Assembly (NCBI GenBank): GCA_019637695.1
Contig: JAHBVG010000006.1
Location: 29,227 to 93,226, forward strand
DNA: 64,000 nucleotides
Reading direction: 5' to 3'
Origin: Caldilineaceae bacterium
GTDB lineage: Bacteria; Chloroflexota; Anaerolineae; Caldilineales; Caldilineaceae
Shown here: positions 20,438 to 28,646 of the stretch, one piece after another
How positions within the stretch are numbered: the stretch's first letter is position 1
Layout: every line of letters begins with the position of its first letter
Made by a program: the position numbers and the translations under genes
The notes under the pieces: generated by a model
Database searches by the model: none
What the model saw: the letters and a program-made list of their open reading frames with translations, nothing else
Told to the model about the DNA's origin: nothing

Positions 20438-20900
20438 ATGACGAACACAGTGTACTCACCAACAGATCACATACACATAGAAAGACGCTTCTCAGCGGTG
20501 TATGCGTTCGTGGCGGTGATCGTCAGCGCACTGCTCGCAGTTTTTCCGACGACCAGACTCTCGATCACCGCTGACCTGCGCATGATGCTGCAGCCCTGGT
20601 TGCTCAACCAGAGCTTTGTTCCCTATCTTCAGATTGCAGATGAGCGCAGTCCACTGCATCTCTAATTGCTGGTATGGCTCCAACGAATCGTCGGGTATGA
20701 TGGCATCCTGGCGCTGCGAATCGCTCACGCGACAGTGTTGTCCTCCTATTTGTCTTGCTCAACGGCTGAGTTTGGCGGCTTTACGGGCCGTAGGCGGCGA
20801 TTGTGGGGTTTGCGTTTATCTGAGCTTTTGCCGTCCGTTTCGGCTTGACCACGTTTTGGTTCAATTCGGTTCTCCTTTCCTGCTTTATTTTGCTAAATGA
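20438..20900 (+). pseudogene. decayed N-terminal fragment of a GT-C-like membrane protein
   Basis: MTNTVYS...AVYAFVAVIVSALLAVFP...IADERSPLHL is followed by an in-frame TAA (20663). The same frame then continues 'LLVWLQRIVGYDGILALRIAHATVLSS' and afterwards shifts frame. No full-length ORF exists. Confidence 0.3.
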
Positions 20901-21020
20901 TTTCTCGAGTCACAAGCCGACAACACGAGTCATCGGAGGCGGGTTGCTGCTTGACATTGGCGTTTTCTTGAAATTTGAAACCAACAAAAATACTAAAATT
21001 TTGGTACATTAGGAGAAGTT

Positions 21021-21872
21021 ATGGGACTGTTTCATACACTCAGCAACGTATTCAAGAGAAGGACTATCTGGCGTCAACATGAACCGTGGCAAAGCATTTC
21101 GCCAGAGCCTGAGATCGAGCCGTCGAATCCACCTGATAGAGAGTCCTTGATTGCGCTGGTCAACTCATTTCCGTACTGGTATCAGCGCATATACCTGGGC
21201 CAGGGCGTCTACACCCTGCCCGTAGTGCAACTTCACAACTACGTCTGGCAGACGATTAAAACAATGCTGCCAGACGGCTTCAAGGGTGCCTCGATTCTTG
21301 ATGTCGGAACAAATGCAGGATACTTTTGCATCCAGGCCAAACTAAATGGTGCGGCCCAGGTGGTCGGTGTCGATTTTGAGGACAGGTATCTGAAGCAGGC
21401 CGAAACCTGTCGATCCATCTGGAAGCTCGATATTGATTATCGACAGACCGACATAGACCAGCTTCAACTCCATACGATGGGACAACGCTTCGATCTCGTG
21501 ATCTTCACAGGCATTTTATACCATTTGAAGAATCCGCTCGGGGTGTTGGAGCAGATGGCTAGCCTGTGCAATGACGCCATAGTTGTCGAGACTGAAGTGA
21601 TTTCACCTAGACACAGAAACGTCCTCCATGTGCGACAGGGGCCTCTTGGACGCTCAGTTGTCACGCCAAGCCACACAGGCTTCATGAAATTTATCGAAAA
21701 ATATGAGCTGAACGGCGATGGCTCGAACTGGTGGGTTCCAGATGAAGAATGCGTGCTGGGCATGTTGCGTACAGCAGGTTTCAAATATTTCTCACAACCT
21801 CACTACTTCGGAGAGACACGTATGCTGGTGGTGGCCACTCAGCAACCGCAATCCATCCTTCAAATTGCGTGA
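21021..21872 (+). CDS. class I SAM-dependent methyltransferase (DUF1698 / CmoB-like subfamily)
   Basis: 'YWYQRIYLGQGVYT', 'ILDVGTNAGYFCIQAKLNGAAQVVGVD', 'FDLVIFTGILYHLKNP', 'GSNWWVP'. Confidence 0.8.
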   Translation: MGLFHTLSNVFKRRTIWRQHEPWQSISPEPEIEPSNPPDRESLIALVNSFPYWYQRIYLGQGVYTLPVVQLHNYVWQTIKTMLPDGFKGASILDVGTNAGYFCIQAKLNGAAQVVGVDFEDRYLKQAETCRSIWKLDIDYRQTDIDQLQLHTMGQRFDLVIFTGILYHLKNPLGVLEQMASLCNDAIVVETEVISPRHRNVLHVRQGPLGRSVVTPSHTGFMKFIEKYELNGDGSNWWVPDEECVLGMLRTAGFKYFSQPHYFGETRMLVVATQQPQSILQIA

Positions 21873-22093
21873 TGCAGGTTTTCTTCCTATCGCGGAGATA
21901 CTTGCGTGCAGCAAGATCGCTGTCGCCAGGCATCTGCCGCACCTGAGCGGCAAGCAGCTTGATAATTTGCATGATGTGCGCGACAGCGGCTGAATCAAAC
22001 ACGGCAGAGCAGATCGCGTTCATCGGGGAGCGATGCGCCTTGGCAACAAGCTGACAATTTGGATGAATACTCCCTCAGTTTTCAAGAGGTGGA

Positions 22094-24832
22094 GTGGACG
22101 ATTACATGAAGTCTGAACATCCCTATGAACAGGATTCGGTTGACACACCTGAAGCGACTGAAGTTGTAGCGAAGCCAACAGATAGCAGCCGTTTACGTGT
22201 CGCAGGAGTAGGCGAGCATGTAGGGGTGTTCCTTTTATACGCCCTGCTCACAGTGTTTTACACGTGGCCGCTTGTCGCCCAGTTCACGTCTGCGATCATT
22301 GGCAGTGGCGACGCTCGTCACCATCTCTGGATTTTGTGGCACACACGTGAAGCTCTTTTAGGGCATGATGGGATGTTTTACACGAATCTGCTGTTTTTCC
22401 CCACAGGCATCTCTCTGTTGACGCATGCATTAGGTCCGGTGCTTGGATTCATCGCATTGCCGTTCTGGGGATTTGGACCAGAGGCAGCCAACAATGGAAC
22501 AGTCTTTGTTGCCTTCGCAATAACGGGCTATGCCATGTACCTTCTGGCGCGTTCACTTGGCTTCTCCATCTCGCTTTCCTTCTTTGCCGGTCTTGTCTTG
22601 CTGGTGGCACCGATTCATGTAGCAGCATTGTACGGCCACATGAACAAGGTATTTCTCGCATTGATTCCGCTGACGATGCTCACCGCACTGAAAGCGGTGG
22701 ACATGCGCAGAAACCGTTGGTGGGCGGTTCTGACTGGAGTGTTCATGCTCTTGACGCTGCTGCATTCAGCCGAGCAGTTTGTCTATGCAGGCTTTGGGAT
22801 AGGGATCATCCTGGCAGTCAATCTACTCCGTGTGAGTCCAGAGCAGAAAGCTCAGCAGTTAAAAGGAGCAGTGTGGGTTACTGCGTTCGTGCTATTGTTT
22901 TCCTTACCCCTATTGTTCGCGATTCAGTACGCATCGTCGAACAGCGGGATTAAAGTAGATCGAAATATTGAATCGCTTTTGCACCAACCTGACGTTTTGG
23001 CATTTATTATTCCTATAGACTTTGGCTTTGCTGCTAGTACTTTTTCGGCATTTTCACAAGAGTTTCATCGCTTTGAAGGTTATGTTTTTCTTACCTGGAC
23101 TGGAATTTTCCTTTTATTAGTTGCATTCCTGAAGAATAGGCGCAGCTCCCTGGCTTGGCTGGTGTTGTCTGTCAGTAGCATCGTTTTTGCACTTGGCCCC
23201 AGATTGAGTTTCGCAGGTACAACCAAATTCACTGAATATGAATTGCCTGTGATGCTCCCATATGCGTTGCTAACCGGCCTTCCCGGACTTGATTACATGC
23301 GCACCCCTGGTCGTTTCATGCTTATTGGCTACACTGCATTAGGAATTGTGATGGCCTATGGACTACAGGCACTGGTCCACAAAATGACTCGAACAGGGAG
23401 ATACGTTGTATCGGCTGCCATTATTACTGTATTGCTACTAGAGACTTGGCCACAAGCATCGCGTCCCATGGAAAGTCTGCCGTCTGTGTCCCCTTTCTTT
23501 GAACAACTTGCACAGGATGAAAACAGGTATGGCATACTTGATTTGCCAATTAGACCTGATTCACCATATGAATTCTCTAACTGGCATATCTATTTCTCCT
23601 CATATTATCAGGCGTTCCAGATGACTCATAAGAAGGGCATTGCAGCGGGCTACTTGTCACGGTATTACGATGTTCATCCGACACTGGGCTACCTCATTTC
23701 GGAAAACGCACCGATGGACACAGCACTGCAAACCGACATTACAATCGATGGTCAGCCGGGCAATCTATTTATCAATCTCGAATATGAGCTGGCGCGCCAT
23801 CTCTATCGCTATGTAGTGCTGCATAATTCGCAACCTGCGATTCCTGAGTTGAGCGAAGATTCGGCGGGAATAATAGCTGCTCAGTCTCTGATCAAGACAG
23901 TTTTCGGTGAACGTTCACCAATCTACGAGGATGATCTAGTCAAAGTTTATGCAGTCGAGCCACCGGAGGATCAGCAGCTTGTCCCCAATTTCCTGATGTT
24001 TGACCGCAGCGACGTTTCGGCGCTCGCTCCAAGCGGTAGGCGTTGGATCATAACGCCAGCGCGCTTTCTCGTAACATCGGAGGCGCCGCAACTGGCCGAA
24101 CTGGTAATCAATCCTGCGATTCTTCACAAGCCTGAGGAAGATGAGTATCACCAACAGGCACTGCTAACGGTGACTTCGGCTGGCAGTGCCTTGCAGATAT
24201 CGTTACCGATCAAGATTGATGAAGGAATCCGCGTCCCCGTGGCATTGGTGCAAGGTAGTCAATTTATCACGCTTACACTTACGTCTAATGAAGACTTAAC
24301 AAGAACAGTCAACATGGACACAAGCACCCTGAACCTCGACACACTCACCATCACAAGCCACGGGTGCGATGTCTTTACCGAATCTGTGCGACAGACCTGT
24401 GAGGGTAAAGAGCTTCCAGACACAGAAAAGGTAATTGTCGCCTACGTAAGCGGCTGGCAAGGCATAGAGAGCAATGGCGAGATAGAGTGGCGATGGGCTG
24501 CTTCGCCCAGTTCATTGTGGGTATACTCACCCTCAACCGGCCAACTGCGTTTCACGCTGACGCCAATCGCCCTACACGATCCTGGCTCCCCTGACGGCAA
24601 AGGCGCAAAGGGTGCGTTAAACATTACATCAAACGGAAGTGAAATGCAGCAACTGATTGTGGAAATCGGCATACAATCTGTGATAAACTTAAAGATAAGC
24701 AAAGGATGGAATGAGGTCAAACTGTCACTAGATGCAGGGAATTTTCGCCCTGCGGACTTTGACCCTTCCACAGGAGATTATCGACAATTGAGTTTTGCAT
24801 TGATGCCTATTGACGTGATGCTAACGCATTAA
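22094..24832 (+). CDS. large polytopic membrane protein (GT-C / YfhO-like) with a C-terminal extracytoplasmic domain of about 450 aa
   Basis: 912 aa. The N-terminal 'TVFYTWPLVAQFTSAIIGSGDARHHLWILWH' resembles membrane glycosyltransferase-like families. More than 10 hydrophobic segments. The start may be the ATG at 22106. Confidence 0.5.
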   Translation: MDDYMKSEHPYEQDSVDTPEATEVVAKPTDSSRLRVAGVGEHVGVFLLYALLTVFYTWPLVAQFTSAIIGSGDARHHLWILWHTREALLGHDGMFYTNLLFFPTGISLLTHALGPVLGFIALPFWGFGPEAANNGTVFVAFAITGYAMYLLARSLGFSISLSFFAGLVLLVAPIHVAALYGHMNKVFLALIPLTMLTALKAVDMRRNRWWAVLTGVFMLLTLLHSAEQFVYAGFGIGIILAVNLLRVSPEQKAQQLKGAVWVTAFVLLFSLPLLFAIQYASSNSGIKVDRNIESLLHQPDVLAFIIPIDFGFAASTFSAFSQEFHRFEGYVFLTWTGIFLLLVAFLKNRRSSLAWLVLSVSSIVFALGPRLSFAGTTKFTEYELPVMLPYALLTGLPGLDYMRTPGRFMLIGYTALGIVMAYGLQALVHKMTRTGRYVVSAAIITVLLLETWPQASRPMESLPSVSPFFEQLAQDENRYGILDLPIRPDSPYEFSNWHIYFSSYYQAFQMTHKKGIAAGYLSRYYDVHPTLGYLISENAPMDTALQTDITIDGQPGNLFINLEYELARHLYRYVVLHNSQPAIPELSEDSAGIIAAQSLIKTVFGERSPIYEDDLVKVYAVEPPEDQQLVPNFLMFDRSDVSALAPSGRRWIITPARFLVTSEAPQLAELVINPAILHKPEEDEYHQQALLTVTSAGSALQISLPIKIDEGIRVPVALVQGSQFITLTLTSNEDLTRTVNMDTSTLNLDTLTITSHGCDVFTESVRQTCEGKELPDTEKVIVAYVSGWQGIESNGEIEWRWAASPSSLWVYSPSTGQLRFTLTPIALHDPGSPDGKGAKGALNITSNGSEMQQLIVEIGIQSVINLKISKGWNEVKLSLDAGNFRPADFDPSTGDYRQLSFALMPIDVMLTH

Positions 24833-24865
24833 GCCGCGATGAGAGAATCGTCAGGTTCGTAATCT

Positions 24866-27040
24866 ATGGAGAGCAATATGAAAACCTACACTCATTGGAG
24901 TGTTGTGATACTGATGTGCAGCGTGTTGACTTGCATAGGGTTGATGGCTCATCCGCTGCGAGCTGAAACGCTTGGCAATCTGCGGTATGTAGATTCATTG
25001 ATCGGGAACGACAACGGCAACAACTGCCTCAATCCCGCCACACCTTGCCGCACCATCCAACGCGCAATCAACCAGGTGGTTAACGGCGATACGATCCTGG
25101 TTGCATCCGGCGTCTATACCTATGCCGGCACAGACAACCCTTGCGATCAATATCTGGGCGGACTCAAAGCCGTTGTGTGTATTGTCAACAAGCAAGTAGT
25201 TCTGCGGGGAGGCTATCCTTCTGGTAACTGGAATGTGGCTGATCCGGCCACTTACCCCACGATCATTGATGGCGAAGCCCGTGCGCGCGGCGTATATGTC
25301 CTGAGTTCAGATCCTCGCAAGCCGTCAGAAGCTGGCATCAAGATGGAAGGTTTCATTGTCCAGAATGGACTGATTCAGGGTGCTTCATCTGGCAATGACA
25401 CGCAAACATTCGCATTTGGCGGCGGAATGCTGACGGATTATGCGTCGGTTGAGCTACGCAACATGCGGTTTGAGAATAACCGGGCGATCGGCGGCGGCAG
25501 CCAGAATGTATACGGCGGAAGCGCCTCTGGCGGCGGTGTGGCAATCAGACGCACGCCCAAACGCGCAACCCTTGAGAATATTGTATTCAGTGAGAATCGC
25601 GCCGAGGGAGGATCTGGGCGAACACGAGGCGGTTACGGCATCGGTGGTGGACTCTATCTCCTATTGGCAGAAGCGGATGGGAGGAACCTCGAGTTCTACA
25701 ACAACAGGTCTTTGGGAGGCAGCACGCAAGGGAATGGGCAAACACCCGACTACCAGAAGGGGGATTCGTTTGGCGCTGGCGTCACGGTGATGGGATACGC
25801 AGACGTGAATTTATACAATGTTGTAGCACGTGACAATCAGGCAATCGGTGGCAACGCCGCAACCAACGCTGGCGGAGCGTTTGGCGGCGCAATCAAATCA
25901 GAAGGTATGCCAACCCTTGACCTCAATGGTGACGGTGTATATGAAACCGCAACACTGAGAATCTTCGGCTGCACATTGACCAACAATCTTGCTCAAGGTG
26001 GAGACGCCGCCATAGGTGGGATCTCCGCCGGTGGAGCACTAGAGACGATCCATAGTACGCTACTCGTCGAGCGCTGCAACATACAAAACAACAGATCACA
26101 AGGTGGAAATGGCAGCACAGCGCAGGGACCAGCGGGTGGCGGCGGTCTTTACTTACAGAACATCTTTTATCCCAACCCGACCGCTACAGTCAAAGATTCC
26201 CTCATTGCCCACAATAGTGTCAGGGCAGGCAACGGCCCAACAGTTGGCGGTGGTGGTGGTGGCATTTGGCTACAAGGGGTCGAGGCAAGGCTGGAACACA
26301 ACACCATTGTGGGTAATCGCACCCTCACCTCTCCCCTGCAAGGAGCAGCCATCCTGGTCATGAGCGACGGAACCCAGGGGCCTCGTCCAGCCTATATCCG
26401 CTACAACATCATTGCCAACCACACGGACAGCAATGCCTCCGCCCTTCATGTCAAACTGGCGAATACAGCCAATCTGTCTCATAACCTCTTCCACGGCAAT
26501 CATAGTCAGGTCAATCAATTCGAGGTTGGTACCATCACGGGGATGGACTCATCGGTAATGGCCGATCCTTACTTTGTGACCGAAGACCCGAATGTGGATG
26601 GCATCTCCTACCAGATTGCGGCCACGTCGCCGGCGGTAGACCAGGCAATAGGCAGCCAGGAGAGTATAGATATCCACAACCGACCTCGTACACGTGTGCC
26701 CGACATTGGCGCATACGAAGCCCAACCCTTCCAAGTGTGGGTCTTCCCCACATCATCAGGAGAGTTGACTGTGTACTGGGGAATCCACCCAGGGATCATG
26801 GAGTATCGGCTTACCATCAACTGTCCCAACATTCAGGCGAGGACTCGAAAACTCCAGTGTGGGGATCGGATCAGCTATTCTGGCGCAGTAAGTGGCGCGG
26901 TTCTGGATGGACTGGAGAATTACAAGATTTACGACATCGTAGTTGCTGCTATGGGACCGGATGGGGATGCTCTTCTGTCTACCAGCCGCCAGGCGATGCC
27001 GACTGATATCTTGTTGTTCATCCCAACAGTCTCTCGCTAG
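24866..27040 (+). CDS. secreted right-handed parallel beta-helix repeat protein with a C-terminal Fn3-like domain
   Basis: Signal peptide. Gly/Asn-rich repeated turns ('NNRAIGGG', 'ENRAEGGSG', 'NNRSLGGS', 'DNQAIGGNA', 'NNLAQGGDA', 'NNRSQGGNG') are typical of pectate-lyase-fold proteins. Confidence 0.7.
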   Translation: MESNMKTYTHWSVVILMCSVLTCIGLMAHPLRAETLGNLRYVDSLIGNDNGNNCLNPATPCRTIQRAINQVVNGDTILVASGVYTYAGTDNPCDQYLGGLKAVVCIVNKQVVLRGGYPSGNWNVADPATYPTIIDGEARARGVYVLSSDPRKPSEAGIKMEGFIVQNGLIQGASSGNDTQTFAFGGGMLTDYASVELRNMRFENNRAIGGGSQNVYGGSASGGGVAIRRTPKRATLENIVFSENRAEGGSGRTRGGYGIGGGLYLLLAEADGRNLEFYNNRSLGGSTQGNGQTPDYQKGDSFGAGVTVMGYADVNLYNVVARDNQAIGGNAATNAGGAFGGAIKSEGMPTLDLNGDGVYETATLRIFGCTLTNNLAQGGDAAIGGISAGGALETIHSTLLVERCNIQNNRSQGGNGSTAQGPAGGGGLYLQNIFYPNPTATVKDSLIAHNSVRAGNGPTVGGGGGGIWLQGVEARLEHNTIVGNRTLTSPLQGAAILVMSDGTQGPRPAYIRYNIIANHTDSNASALHVKLANTANLSHNLFHGNHSQVNQFEVGTITGMDSSVMADPYFVTEDPNVDGISYQIAATSPAVDQAIGSQESIDIHNRPRTRVPDIGAYEAQPFQVWVFPTSSGELTVYWGIHPGIMEYRLTINCPNIQARTRKLQCGDRISYSGAVSGAVLDGLENYKIYDIVVAAMGPDGDALLSTSRQAMPTDILLFIPTVSR

Positions 27041-27050
27041 TGTTTTTTGT

Positions 27051-28646
27051 ATGAATGCAACCGTCATCATCCCAGTTTGGAATGGAGCAGCAGTTATTCT
27101 TGACTGTTTGGCTTCGCTCTATGCCAACAGCGGTGATAAGCTTTATGAAGTGATCTGCATAGATAACGGTTCTGTCGATGAGTCTGCTGACCAGATTACC
27201 CATAGCTACCCTCAGGTTCGCCTTGTGCGTCAATTGGTGAATTTAGGCTTTGCTGGCGGGGTCAATGTTGGCCTCCAACAGACCCAAACGGATCTTGCTA
27301 TACTCCTTAACCAGGACTGCTTGGTGCAGCCTGGCTGGCTGGATCACATGATGGATGCGTTTCAACAGCATCCGGGATGGGGCATTGCTGGTTGCACCTT
27401 GCTGGACGAGGCGGGCGAGGTAGAGCATGTGGCCGCATACCTGGCCTACCCTGAGATCCAGGGTGTCCATGTGCGGGCGTTACTCAGCCAGGAGCCACAA
27501 GATCTGTCTGCGCCCAATGCGTTTGGGCAGGAGACCAGAAACGGGAAGCCGTACGTCACTGGCGCGCTGTTCGCCATTCGCCGTGCGGTGTGGGAAGAGA
27601 TCGGCCTATTGGACGAGAGGTTCTATCCCGCCTATTATGAAGAGACAGATTACTGTTTTCGGGCCAGATCTGCAGGATACAGCATTGGGAGCGTGCCCCT
27701 GGCCCAAGCGGTTCACACCCGCAGCAGCCGGGAATGGCTGCGAGACCCTCTGCTTCACTGGGTCAATCAGGAGCTTTCCCGTTACCGATTCATCTGCAAG
27801 CACCTCAGCCCAGAAGAGATTCAGGCATTTGCGGCCTACGAATTGCAGGAGATCTGGGAGTCGCCCTATTACGATAGCATCCTTTCCAAGGCTGTCGCCG
27901 CCCGCAGAACGCTGCGTGCCCTGTCCGCTCTCTTTGCCCAAGAATCGGCTGCAGGTGGAGAAGAGTACTCTACCCGCTATCGGCTTCTGCAACAGAATTT
28001 TCGCCAGATTATGCACCGGGCGATTGTGTCGGCCCAGCGAGTTTCGCTGGTAGATCTGTTCGAGCGGAACAAGGCATGGCACGAGCTTTATCAGGATGAA
28101 ACCCTCTCGCTGTCCAGCTTGTTGGCCCAATTGTCACCAGAATATGCCACACCTTCCACAGATCAAACGGGCGACGATGAGAACGATACCCCTCTGCAAC
28201 AGATTCACCACCTTTTGATGCAACGGACAGCCCGCTGGCAGGAACAGGAAGCAGCCCTGGAGAGGTTGGCTCAGATAGCTGCGGAAGAACGCGAGTTGCT
28301 GGAACGTAGTTGTTTTACAGACGTCGCACCGGAGCAAGAGAACCTGCTCCGCCGATTCTCTCGGTTGGCGTGTCGCGTGACGAGCATACTCTCTGGTCGA
28401 GAATTTGTTCTGCGCTCCCGATTGGACGTGTTACAGACTCAACGGCTAAACGCCCTACAACAATTCAACGTGATGAGGAGTCAGGAAGAATTTGTTGACC
28501 AGCACACGCTGGAACAGCTGATCGGCTGGCTGGCACAGGAACGCCAGTCCATGGCTGACGCGCGAAATCGCCATCTGGATATACTAATTCAATTGCATAG
28601 GCGGCTCCAATTGATCGAACTGCTGATGGACTATGATGAACGTTAA
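27051..28646 (+). CDS. GT2 glycosyltransferase (rhamnosyltransferase-like) with a predicted helical/coiled-coil C-terminal extension of about 270 aa
   Basis: 'ATVIIPVWNGAAVILDCLASL', 'ICIDNGSVDES', 'LLNQDCLVQPGW', 'YYEETDYCFRA'. The ATG at 27051 is preferred; the ORF opens at 26943 inside the previous gene. The C-terminal part is rich in Q/E/R/L heptad-like sequence. Confidence 0.8.
   Translation: MNATVIIPVWNGAAVILDCLASLYANSGDKLYEVICIDNGSVDESADQITHSYPQVRLVRQLVNLGFAGGVNVGLQQTQTDLAILLNQDCLVQPGWLDHMMDAFQQHPGWGIAGCTLLDEAGEVEHVAAYLAYPEIQGVHVRALLSQEPQDLSAPNAFGQETRNGKPYVTGALFAIRRAVWEEIGLLDERFYPAYYEETDYCFRARSAGYSIGSVPLAQAVHTRSSREWLRDPLLHWVNQELSRYRFICKHLSPEEIQAFAAYELQEIWESPYYDSILSKAVAARRTLRALSALFAQESAAGGEEYSTRYRLLQQNFRQIMHRAIVSAQRVSLVDLFERNKAWHELYQDETLSLSSLLAQLSPEYATPSTDQTGDDENDTPLQQIHHLLMQRTARWQEQEAALERLAQIAAEERELLERSCFTDVAPEQENLLRRFSRLACRVTSILSGREFVLRSRLDVLQTQRLNALQQFNVMRSQEEFVDQHTLEQLIGWLAQERQSMADARNRHLDILIQLHRRLQLIELLMDYDER

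Noticed and set aside
20321-20665. 114-aa ORF as a genuine small gene
   Set aside because: Its 5' part overlaps the methyltransferase 3' end. The remainder reads through an in-frame stop into a continuing membrane-protein-like frame. It is better explained as a gene remnant.
21781-22023. 80-aa minus-strand ORF in the gap between the methyltransferase and the 912-aa membrane protein
   Set aside because: It overlaps the 3' end of the methyltransferase gene and has no RBS or recognisable motif. It could be a gene fragment, but nothing supports that.
5257-27040. Treating the AT-richer half of the glycan locus as a classical genomic island
   Set aside because: No integrase, transposase, tRNA gene or flanking direct repeats were found. 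Only composition differs, so it is reported as a mosaic rather than an island.
26943-27050. Upstream extensions of several ORF-track entries into the preceding gene: 26943, 33049, 34334, 40783, 43212, 62522, 10840, 15569
   Set aside because: The extended parts overlap well-supported upstream genes in another frame. Internal starts with an RBS, or with stop-start overlap, give N-termini typical of each family.
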